Virus record (IMG/VR): IMGVR_UViG_3300008267_000069
Location: 1-60,812 of that record
Strand: one strand, 5' to 3'
From: a virus
Taxonomy: Duplodnaviria; Caudoviricetes
DNA: 60,812 nucleotides
Below the pieces are notes generated by a model. It ran no database searches. It was not told the DNA's origin and was given only the letters and a program-made list of their open reading frames with translations. This document shows, piece after piece, positions 17,441-25,863 of the stretch. Both the position numbers and the translations under genes were made by a program. How positions within the stretch are numbered: the stretch's first letter is position 1; each line of letters begins with the position of its first letter.

Positions 17441-17483
17441 GGGGAGTCTCCGTTGCGGTGAGAGGGTGAGGGGAGGGAGGCGC

Positions 17484-17732
17484 CTAGCGGCGGCGCAGGT
17501 TGCCGTTGGGCGTGAGGGGGTGCTGCACATTCGTCGGGCGGCCAGCCTCGTAAGCCATGTAGGCGGCGCGCCATGCGTTGTGTGCGGCCTCTTTTTCAGC
17601 CGACAGTCCGCTAGCCTTCGTAGCGGCGATGCCGATGCTATCGAAACTCGCCTCCTCTTCCGCCGCCTTAGCCTGTAGCGCGTCCCACAGGATGCGAATC
17701 GCGCGGCGCTGAGCTGCTTTGCTGGGCGTCAT
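17484..17732 (-). CDS. Hypothetical protein, first gene of the left arm
   Basis: GGAG RBS; sigma54-like promoters directly upstream. Confidence 0.65.
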   Translation of the reverse strand: MTPSKAAQRRAIRILWDALQAKAAEEEASFDSIGIAATKASGLSAEKEAAHNAWRAAYMAYEAGRPTNVQHPLTPNGNLRRR

Positions 17733-17769
17733 GGGGAGTCTCCGTTGCGAGGGGGTTGTTTCGTCTCTC

Positions 17770-17842
17770 TGCTAGCAGCGTGCCAACCGGCTCAGCCCGT
17801 CGCTCGCACGCTGCCGGATAGCCTTAGCAGTCGGCGTGCCAA
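17770..17842 (-). promoter_or_regulatory. Two tandem sigma54-type (-24/-12) promoters
   Basis: TTGGCACGCTGCTAGCA (17786-17770) and TTGGCACGCCGACTGCT (17842-17826), both with GG-N10-GC spacing. Confidence 0.6.
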
Positions 17843-18794
17843 GCTAGGCAAGCCGCACCAAACAAGCTAGAAAGCAGCGGGAAACAAGGGATAGCGGAGG
17901 CTGGGGCGCTATCTCACCATGGGGGGAGAGGCTGGCAGGAGGCTGCCGAAAAGCGCCAGAACTTTGGCGAAAGCCAAGTTCCTGACGCCAAAAACGCGGC
18001 GTTGACGCCAACTGTCTGACAAGGCGGCAACCTCGCCAGCCCTCGCCACGGCAGTCCGGTGGAGGCTAGTCGAGGCCGCAAGGGATGGCAGCGAGAGGAG
18101 TGGCTAGGGGGGCAGGGCTGGCAGGGAGGGGAACCGCACCTGGTACAGCTAAGGCAAGGCTGGCCGCTCCTCCTGCCCCGTAGTCGAGCCGACGAAAAAA
18201 CCTCCCCTGCTACTAGAGAGGGAAGGAAGGGACAGAGAGAGGAGAGCAGAGAGGGAAGGCTAGGTAGGTACAGGAGAGGAGAGAGGAAGAGAGGGAACGA
18301 GCAAGGGAGTACAGGAGAGAGGGCCGAAAGCGCCAGCCGTGCGCCGCAGGCGCATAGGGCTAGAGGGTAGAGCAGAGAGCCAGCCCGATGAGAGCGAGCC
18401 GCGCAGCGTGGAAGCTAGGGGGCTGGACGGGGGAGTCTGGGGAGAGGGGAGCTAGTCGAGGGGAGAGGGGGATCAAGTCTGGGGGAGGGGAGTAGGTCGC
18501 CAGATCCCTTCCGCATCCTCGCCCACTACATTATGTCAACTGGATCGGACAGGGCCGGGGGGCGCCGCAGCCGGGGGAGGCAGGGCGCACCAGCCTCGCA
18601 TGGGCCAGCCCGCCTCCTCCTCCTCCTCCTCGACTCTCCCTCTCCCTCCTCCTCGACTCTCGCTCCCTCTCTCCTCTAGCTCCTCCACCCAGCACCAGCT
18701 GGGGCGCTAGCTCTCTCCTCATGTACTAGGGCAGGCCGCCCCGCTTTAGGTGCTGGTACCAGGCACCGCCCCAGCGACCCGGCAGGGGGAGGGG

Positions 18795-18850
18795 GCTATT
18801 GAATAGACGCCACTCAATAGATGCCACTGAGTAGCCGCCACTGAGTGGAA
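18795..18850. repeat. Four tandem 14-bp imperfect repeats (GCYAYTSARTRG core)
   Basis: gctattgaatagac / gccactcaatagat / gccactgagtagcc / gccactgagtggaa. Confidence 0.75.
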
Positions 18851-19081
18851 GTGTTCACTCCCCCACAATGTTCACTTTCGACAGGGGGAGGGGCCACCCC
18901 CCCAGGGGGGGGAGGGGGGTTGTGTCTCCCCCCGCCATATATGTGCAGAAAGTTTTAAAATCGACCCTTTAAGGATCCGACTGAAAACAAGGGGTTTTGT
19001 GTGGCGAGTCGGTGGGGTGGTGGGGTGGTGTGCTGGGGAAGTGGTGGAAAGGGGGCAGCGTGGTGTGTAGGGTATAGGGCT

Positions 19082-19840
19082 ATGGGCAAACTGGATGACA
19101 AGAAGTGGCAGAAGTTGGTGATCGCGTTTCGGGAGCAGCCTGGGAACATCAAGAACGCTGCGCGGGTGGCTGTGTGTGATCGGGCCACGGCGAGGCGTGC
19201 TTGGGGGTTGGGGTACCCGGAGATCAAGAGGGAGCCGATTCAGGCTCTCATAGAGAGGGAGACGGAGGCGCGGGAGGCGGCGAAGAGAGAGAAGGAGAAG
19301 GCGATCAAGGAGGAGACGGAGGCGTTTGCGGCGTCGTTGCGGGGTGATGTGAGGGCGCAGGCGTTGGAGGAGTACGAGAGGACGAACCGGTACTTGAGGG
19401 CAGCGTCGGCAACGGCGACCTCGGCCTTGGTGGCGGCGCACAAGATTCAGCCTACGGTGCAGGAGTTGGTGGAGTTGGCTCCCCGGTTGGTGGAGATCGT
19501 GCAGACGGAGATTGATCGGGGGGAAGTGTCAGCGACTCAGGCTGTGGCGATGATGGAGAAGATCGCGTCGATCATGAAGGCGGTGGCGACGACAGCGAAC
19601 AGTGCGACGTTGCAGGGAGCGAAGGTGTTTGAGGTGAGTCGGGCGAGGAGCAGTTCGGATGCCTTGATCAACATCGAGAAGGCAGTGAGCGCGGAGCCGT
19701 TTGATCCTGGTGAGGCCAAGCGGTTGGCGGCTGAGTTGGCAGAGGCAGCTGCGGAGGCCGAGGCTTGGGATCCGAGCAAGCCTACGCTGAACGTGATCAA
19801 GGGAGATGTCGAGGAGATCCCGGCACCCAGCCAAGGCTAG
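19082..19840 (+). CDS. Putative terminase small subunit (start re-called at MGKLDD)
   Basis: N-terminal HTH (NIKNAARVAVCDRATARR), helical body, directly before the large subunit. Confidence 0.6.
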   Translation: MGKLDDKKWQKLVIAFREQPGNIKNAARVAVCDRATARRAWGLGYPEIKREPIQALIERETEAREAAKREKEKAIKEETEAFAASLRGDVRAQALEEYERTNRYLRAASATATSALVAAHKIQPTVQELVELAPRLVEIVQTEIDRGEVSATQAVAMMEKIASIMKAVATTANSATLQGAKVFEVSRARSSSDALINIEKAVSAEPFDPGEAKRLAAELAEAAAEAEAWDPSKPTLNVIKGDVEEIPAPSQG

Positions 19841-19927
19841 GTGGAGAGGGGGGTATGACCCAATCGACCCTCACGGTTTTGGCGTTTTGGCGCGAATAGA
19901 ACCGGCAAAAAATTTAAAAATGGACGT

Positions 19928-21457
19928 GTGGTGATGAACCTGGAGCAGTCGGTGAGCAAACGGCCCAAGAACAAGCTGATCGGGCTGGGAGACATCCCGA
20001 GGCCCAATCCGAATGCGGACAAGCTGGCCATGATGAAGGCCAGCCGCGAGAAGCTGATTGAGTTGGCGCGAACGAATGGGGCTGCGTTCAACGCCATGGT
20101 GCTGAAGGACGAGTTGCTGGGAACTCCGGTGCGGATGGCTCCCATGCATCGTGAGTGGCACCGCTTGGCTGATCGGCACCCGCGCCTCAACATTATTTCT
20201 CATGTAGAGGCTGCAAAAAGTCAGAATCTTTCTGTGGGCCGCATCCTTTTTGAGTTGGGAAAGAACCCCAACACGCGCTGCGTGATCGTGAGCAACACGA
20301 TGATGCAGGCGCAGAAGCTGCTGAAGTCGATTGCCAGCTACATCGAGCGCAGCGAGGAGCTGCATGAGATCTTTCCCAAGCTGAAGCCCAATCCGACGGG
20401 ACCATGGACGCTGACGCAGTTGGCGGTGCAGCGAAAGGGGCATCCCAAGGATCCCTCGGTGCAGTCAACGGGCGTGCATGGGGCCATCACGGGTGCGCGT
20501 ATCGACCTGTTGGTGCTGGACGACATCCTGGACTACGAGAACGCACGGACGCCTGCTGGACGTGAGGACTTGTGGCTCTGGGTGCATTCGGCGCTGTTTG
20601 GTCGATTGACGGAGCATGCGCGAGTGATCTCGGTGGGAAACGCCTACCACCGGGACGACTTCCTGCACCGGATTGAGAAGAACCCTCTGTGGCACACGCG
20701 CCGGTTTCCGGTGCTGACGGAGGAGGGGGAGTCCTCTTGGCCTGAGAGGTGGCCGCTTGAGCGGATCACCATGAAGCGGGAGGAGCTTGGCCCGCTTGAG
20801 TTCGCTCGGCAGATGATGTGCCAGGCACGGGATGACGCGGAGAGCCGGTTCCAGAAAGAGTGGGTTGACCTGTGCATGATGCGGGGCAACGGGCGCAATC
20901 TGGTCAATGCGGTAGCGCAGCCCCCGGCCGGCTGCTCGATCTACACGGGCGTGGACTTGGCGGTGCAGCAGCACTCCAGCGCCGACCTGACGGCCTTTGT
21001 GACCATCCTTGTGTACCCCAACGGTGATCGGGAGATCCTGAACATTGAGACGGGGCGTCTGGCTGGTCCTCAGATCGTTGAGAAGATCAAGGAACTGCAC
21101 CACCGCTACCAGGGCATCTTCTTCGTGGAGAACAACGCAAGCCAGGACTTCATTCTTCAGTTCTTGAGGTCGTCCTCGGCCATTCCGGTCAAGCCGTTCA
21201 CCACGGGCCGAAACAAAGTGCATCCCGAGTTCGGTGTTGAGTCGATTGCGGCTGAGATGGCGGCTGGCAAGTGGGTTATTCCCAATCGCGATGGGCGAAT
21301 GCACAGCGAGGTCGAGGCACTGGTCAACGAGATGTTGTACTACGACCCGAAATCGCATACAGGCGACCGGCTGATGGCGCTGTGGTTTGCGCGAGAAGCC
21401 GCAAGACAAGGTAATATCCGCGCCGAGGTTGGGTACATTCCGACCCTTCGCCGCTAG
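19928..21457 (+). CDS. Terminase large subunit
   Basis: GAITGARIDLLVLDD (Walker B), WPERW, GVDLA nuclease motif, VENNASQ, HTGDRLMA; exact start uncertain. Confidence 0.93.
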   Translation: MVMNLEQSVSKRPKNKLIGLGDIPRPNPNADKLAMMKASREKLIELARTNGAAFNAMVLKDELLGTPVRMAPMHREWHRLADRHPRLNIISHVEAAKSQNLSVGRILFELGKNPNTRCVIVSNTMMQAQKLLKSIASYIERSEELHEIFPKLKPNPTGPWTLTQLAVQRKGHPKDPSVQSTGVHGAITGARIDLLVLDDILDYENARTPAGREDLWLWVHSALFGRLTEHARVISVGNAYHRDDFLHRIEKNPLWHTRRFPVLTEEGESSWPERWPLERITMKREELGPLEFARQMMCQARDDAESRFQKEWVDLCMMRGNGRNLVNAVAQPPAGCSIYTGVDLAVQQHSSADLTAFVTILVYPNGDREILNIETGRLAGPQIVEKIKELHHRYQGIFFVENNASQDFILQFLRSSSAIPVKPFTTGRNKVHPEFGVESIAAEMAAGKWVIPNRDGRMHSEVEALVNEMLYYDPKSHTGDRLMALWFAREAARQGNIRAEVGYIPTLRR

Positions 21458-21465
21458 GAAGTGCT

Positions 21466-21720
21466 GTGACACGCCGATCCAATACCTTCTTTGCAGAGCC
21501 TCCACGGGAGGATGGCCCCTTGCGGTACCCGTGCGACAGGTGCGGGGAGCGGGAGGCGCGTCGGTGGGGCGTGGCCACGGTCATGACAGGAGAGCGCGGG
21601 GGTCGTCAGCAGCGGGTGGGGCTGTGCGATCCCTGCGCTGCCTGCTGCGCGGCTCCTGGGGCTATGTCCTCTTCGCTAGGCGGCACCCATAGCATTGTGG
21701 GCAACGGGAGGAAGGGATGA
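21466..21720 (+). CDS. Small Zn-ribbon protein (CDRC...CDPC)
   Basis: Two CxxC; ATGA overlap with the next gene; start uncertain. Confidence 0.5.
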   Translation: MTRRSNTFFAEPPREDGPLRYPCDRCGEREARRWGVATVMTGERGGRQQRVGLCDPCAACCAAPGAMSSSLGGTHSIVGNGRKG

Positions 21721-21983
21721 CCACGGAAGAGATGGAGCAGGCGCTGGCTCACGACTTGGCGCAGAAGAAACTGCCCAAGGAGACGGAGACGCCTGTGGTG
21801 CTGGCGCGGTTCTGCTTGCAGAACGCAGCCTTGGCGACACGGGGAGCGGAGATGGCCTTGGTGGCGGTCCATCCCCCGGCAGTGGTAGAGGCGCGGCAGG
21901 CGATTCAGTTGGCGCTTTCCAGCTTGGAGCAGGCGCTGGTCCTTTTGGGAACGATGGAGCAGACGAATGAGCAGCGGGACTAG
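21717..21983 (+). CDS. Hypothetical helical protein
   Basis: Overlaps both neighbours. Confidence 0.65.
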   Translation: MTTEEMEQALAHDLAQKKLPKETETPVVLARFCLQNAALATRGAEMALVAVHPPAVVEARQAIQLALSSLEQALVLLGTMEQTNEQRD

Positions 21984-23721
21984 GACTGAGCCGTATGCCG
22001 CAAGGCGTATGCAGACGGCGCTGGCTCCAGAGGTGATGGCCAAGGTGGCCCGCCTCGGGCTGTCGCCTCGTCAGCAGGAGATGAATCGGCTCTGGGCTGC
22101 CTATCGAGGCCAGCAGTACAACGCTCGCAAGGTCGATTGGGATGGGACCGAGAGGACGGGCGGGATCGAGGCCGAGGCTATCGCCTCTGCGGGATTCATT
22201 TCCCCTGGCTTCTACGATGCGGGTGCGACCTTTCCGCTCAAGTTCCGCCGACCGACGACGCCCTATCACCTGCGGAAGGTGATCGTGGACCGTTTTTCGG
22301 GTCTGTTGTTCAGCGACCGAAAGCATCCGGCCATTCGGGTGGAGGGTGACGGGTTGGCCGAGGACTACATCCGGACGCTGGCCGAGGTCAGCCGCTTGTG
22401 GCCTGCCATGATCATGGCGCGGACCTATGGCGGGTCGATGGGATCGACGGCTGTTGGCTTCCAGTTCGTGGATGGAAAGCCGGTGGTTGAGGTGCATGAT
22501 CCCCGCTGGTGCCAGCCGGTGTTTGAGGATCGCCACGCTCTCAGGCTACGCAGCATTGAGAAGCGGTACATGTTTCCGGTGGATGAGCAGGATCCGGAGA
22601 CAGGCTACTGGGTGCAGCGTCCCTACTGGTACAGAAGGATTATTGACGAAGAGCGGGACATCCTCTTCGTGGCTACTCCCGTAACGGAGGAGGAGCCTGA
22701 GTGGGAGGTCGAGCGCGAGGTCGTTCATGGCTTTGGCTTCTGCCCTGTGGTCTGGGTGCAGAACCTGCCGGTGCAGGACGACATTGACGGAGATCCTGAC
22801 TGTCTGGGTGTGGACGACATGTGCGAGCAGATCGACGCACTGCTCTCGCAGGCCAATCAGGGCATTCTGGCGTCCTGTGATCCGACGCTGAAGTTGATCA
22901 CCGACGCCGAGTTGGACAGCATCAAGACCGGCAGCAAGAACGCCCTCAAGCTGCCGCAGGGTTCAACTGCCGACTACATGGAGATCAGCGGCCACGGCAT
23001 CAAGGCTGCGATGGACATGGTCAAGTACCTCCGTGAGATGGTGCTTGAGGTCGCGCAGTGCGTTCTGGATCAGCCTGGTGGCGCTTCCAGCCGACGCACG
23101 GCCACGGAGATTGAGCGCCTCTACGCCTCCATGCTGGCCAAGGCTGACGTGCTGCGCGAGCAGTACGGTGAGCGGTGCATCAAGCCCCTGCTGGAGATGA
23201 TGACCCGCGCCATCCGGATGATCGAGAAGCCCCGCGCTGTGGAGGGCGGCATCGTTCGGCAGTTCGTGAAGCTGCCGCCCCGCATCGTGACTCAGGCTGA
23301 TCTGTCCACCACTCGGGAAGAGCGGCGGCTGCCTCCGGATGAGGGGGCCATGATCAACCTGAACTGGGGGCCGTACTTCAACCCGTCGCTGGATGAGGCG
23401 TTCAAGGCCGTGCAGGCCGCCACCACCGCTCGGCTGGGTGGGCTGCTTGATCATGAGCAGGCGGTTGGCTTTGTGGCCCCCTACTTCCTTGTTGAGGACT
23501 CGCGAGCCATGGCTCGAAAGATCCAGCAGGAAAAGCAGGCGGCAGCCGAAAAGCTGGACGAGGAACTCATGCGGGGGCTGACCAGCCCTGAGTGGGGCGA
23601 GAGCAAGCTGAAGCTCTCCTCCGACGCGGCTGCTCTGATCCCGCCGCTGCCGTCGGATGACGTGGATGCGCCGGCCAAGGTGGCGCACCCGGATGACGTG
23701 CCCGCATCTGAGTTGTCATAA
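21967..23721 (+). CDS. Portal protein
   Basis: 584 aa after the terminase; HGFGFCPVVWVQN, TATEIERLY as in SPP1-type portals. Confidence 0.88.
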   Translation: MSSGTRTEPYAARRMQTALAPEVMAKVARLGLSPRQQEMNRLWAAYRGQQYNARKVDWDGTERTGGIEAEAIASAGFISPGFYDAGATFPLKFRRPTTPYHLRKVIVDRFSGLLFSDRKHPAIRVEGDGLAEDYIRTLAEVSRLWPAMIMARTYGGSMGSTAVGFQFVDGKPVVEVHDPRWCQPVFEDRHALRLRSIEKRYMFPVDEQDPETGYWVQRPYWYRRIIDEERDILFVATPVTEEEPEWEVEREVVHGFGFCPVVWVQNLPVQDDIDGDPDCLGVDDMCEQIDALLSQANQGILASCDPTLKLITDAELDSIKTGSKNALKLPQGSTADYMEISGHGIKAAMDMVKYLREMVLEVAQCVLDQPGGASSRRTATEIERLYASMLAKADVLREQYGERCIKPLLEMMTRAIRMIEKPRAVEGGIVRQFVKLPPRIVTQADLSTTREERRLPPDEGAMINLNWGPYFNPSLDEAFKAVQAATTARLGGLLDHEQAVGFVAPYFLVEDSRAMARKIQQEKQAAAEKLDEELMRGLTSPEWGESKLKLSSDAAALIPPLPSDDVDAPAKVAHPDDVPASELS

Positions 23722-24188
23722 TGTTGCTGGCCATCGACTTCGACAACGTGGTGGTGGACAGCCGCAAGCGGTCCTACGCTGACACCACCACGCCGCTGGA
23801 GTTCATGCCTGGTGCCAAGGAGGGGCTGCGCTCGCTCAAGGCGGCAGGGCATACGCTGCTTCTCTACAGCGCCCGCTCCAATCGCGCTCTGCTCTACACC
23901 TCCGAGTGGGATCCGCTGGTGCGGGCTGGAGTGAAGCGCCCCCATGAGGCGACGTGGGCGCAATCCAAGACGCTGCATTGGGCGCGCTATCGGCAGATGC
24001 TAGACTTTGTGGCAGCTGAGTTGCCCGGCATCTTTGATGCGGTCGATGACGGCTTGCAGGGCAAGCCCTTGGCTGACGTGTTCATTGATGATCGGGCTTT
24101 ATCATTCGGTGACGGCTCGGATCGTATAGGATGGGCGCAGATCGCAAACCTGTACGGCGCGCCCTCCGCACGCGCCGAGGAGTCCTGA
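23721..24188 (+). CDS. HAD-superfamily phosphatase
   Basis: IDFDNVV, YSAR, KPLADVFIDDRA. Confidence 0.85.
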   Translation: MLLAIDFDNVVVDSRKRSYADTTTPLEFMPGAKEGLRSLKAAGHTLLLYSARSNRALLYTSEWDPLVRAGVKRPHEATWAQSKTLHWARYRQMLDFVAAELPGIFDAVDDGLQGKPLADVFIDDRALSFGDGSDRIGWAQIANLYGAPSARAEES

Positions 24189-24649
24189 TGTCTGACGACA
24201 CCAAGTCCAAGATCATCTCCCCCGCCGAGGCTCTGGCCCCCAAGCAGGAGATCCTGCATCGGCAGAAGTTCATGAAGGGGCAGATGACGCCGCAAGAGGC
24301 CCATCGGAAGTGGGGCATCGGCAAGCGATGCAGCGGCTGTGGCGCCCCTGGTGCGATCCGCATTCGGGTGTTCATGCCGGTGGACGAGGCCATGAAGAAG
24401 GCGCCCAACCTCATGGCGCAGATCATGCTGGCTAATCCTGATGGCAGCGGCAAGCTACCGACCATTCGGTTCAAGGAGTCCAAGGGCGACGAGGCGGGCA
24501 AGGACTACATCAAGGCCAGCGACACCGCTTGGTGCAGCCACTGCTCGACGCAGGCCCGTCTGGATGCTGCGCGTGGCGCGCCCAGCTGGGCTGTGGTTGA
24601 GATTGATGAGGGCAAGAAGGACAAGATCCGCGTCGGCTACGGAGACTGA
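24188..24649 (+). CDS. Hypothetical Zn-binding protein (CSGC...CSHC; start at MSDDTK)
   Basis: GAGGAG RBS, TGATG overlap. Confidence 0.7.
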   Translation: MSDDTKSKIISPAEALAPKQEILHRQKFMKGQMTPQEAHRKWGIGKRCSGCGAPGAIRIRVFMPVDEAMKKAPNLMAQIMLANPDGSGKLPTIRFKESKGDEAGKDYIKASDTAWCSHCSTQARLDAARGAPSWAVVEIDEGKKDKIRVGYGD

Positions 24650-24651
24650 CC

Positions 24652-25092
24652 ATGGGTGAGTTGGCAGCCCGCTACATGGCGCACAAGCGCAAGCCTGAAC
24701 CTGACCTCTCACCCAACGAGGCCAAGGCGCTTCAGAAGCTGCAAGCCGAGGCTGCGGCACATGGAGCGTCCTTGCACTCTAAGGGCTATGGCGGGCTGCC
24801 TCCTTCCCTGGTGCTGGGGCTGATGCGGCGAGACGAGTGGCGCTGCAAGCGGTGCGGTGGGCAGGACGACCTGTCCGTTCACCACAAGGCTGGCGTGGTG
24901 TCCTCCAAGTACATCAGCCGCATGGGGCACAAGAACGTGCCGGGCGCACTCGCCGTGATCTGCCATTCCTGCCATGACGCCATTCATGACCAAGCAAGAG
25001 CCGAGGGCATCGACTCCAGCCAGGTCATGCCCGAGGGCGACGTGGCTACTGAGCGAGACAAGGGGCTGCCCGTGGCGCAGCCAGAGACGTAG
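24652..25092 (+). CDS. HNH endonuclease
   Basis: RDEWRCKRCG...VHH...N...ICHSCHDAIH. Confidence 0.85.
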   Translation: MGELAARYMAHKRKPEPDLSPNEAKALQKLQAEAAAHGASLHSKGYGGLPPSLVLGLMRRDEWRCKRCGGQDDLSVHHKAGVVSSKYISRMGHKNVPGALAVICHSCHDAIHDQARAEGIDSSQVMPEGDVATERDKGLPVAQPET

Positions 25093-25103
25093 AGGCACCA
25101 TCC

Positions 25104-25478
25104 ATGGCCATTGATCCCAAGAAGCTGTCTGCCTACTTGTCCACCGTTGAGGCCCGCCCCGGCCGAAAGCCGCTGCCAGTTGTGTCAAGTGAGGAGCGCG
25201 AGAGCAAGGCCGCGCCTGACCTCGACGCCCAGCGTGAACGGCTTGAGCATGGTGCCGACACCACGGACGACCAGTTGAAGCGCCTCCTCTCCGAGAGTGT
25301 GGGCTACATGGAGTTGGACGAGGCTGCCAAGGGCTTCGCGTGCGGCGCTTGTGTCAGCTACGACACCGACGGTGAAGGCTGCGGCAACCCCAAGGTCAAG
25401 GCTCCGGTGAGCGCCCGACATGGCTGCTGCAACCTCTACTGGCCGGCGCATGGAGAACCGGCTTTCCCCGCGAAATAG
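25104..25478 (+). CDS. Protein with a C-terminal HiPIP-like Cys cluster
   Basis: CGACVSY...C...VSARHGCCNLY. Confidence 0.6.
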   Translation: MAIDPKKLSAYLSTVEARPGRKPLPVVSSEERESKAAPDLDAQRERLEHGADTTDDQLKRLLSESVGYMELDEAAKGFACGACVSYDTDGEGCGNPKVKAPVSARHGCCNLYWPAHGEPAFPAK

Positions 25479-25500
25479 CTGGCGTTTTTAGTCTCCAGAA

Positions 25501-25671
25501 AATCAAGTGTCGCTGGTGGCTTTGAGGGCTGGAGTGGACCCTGTGGAGCGATAATCAAGTGTCGCGGGTGAAAATCAAGTGTACCTGCCTATAAGTACCA
25601 AGAACTTATTTCTTCTGAAGAGCCTTACGGCTCTTCATCAGAAAGCGGAGTTTCACTCCGCGACTGATTTT
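25501..25671. repeat. Structured 93-bp element, copy 2 (25570-25662), with three AATCAAGTGT iteron-like repeats
   Basis: Reverse complement of 9853-9945 with a few substitutions and two 1-nt indels; AATCAAGTGT at 25501, 25553 and 25573. Confidence 0.9.
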
Positions 25672-25863
25672 GTTTCACAAGGAAGGCTGGACTGATCCAA
25701 CCCTCCTCACCCAGCCTCAACAAGGCACTGTGCCTCCCTCTTCACTCCAGCCTGCCGCGCCACCGGCCCGTCCGTGGCCGTAAAAGGCCATAGGACGCGC
25801 GAACGCACCCTCTCCCGTGTCCCACAGCACCCTCACCCCTCCGAGCGCGCCAGCGAGGCTCTA

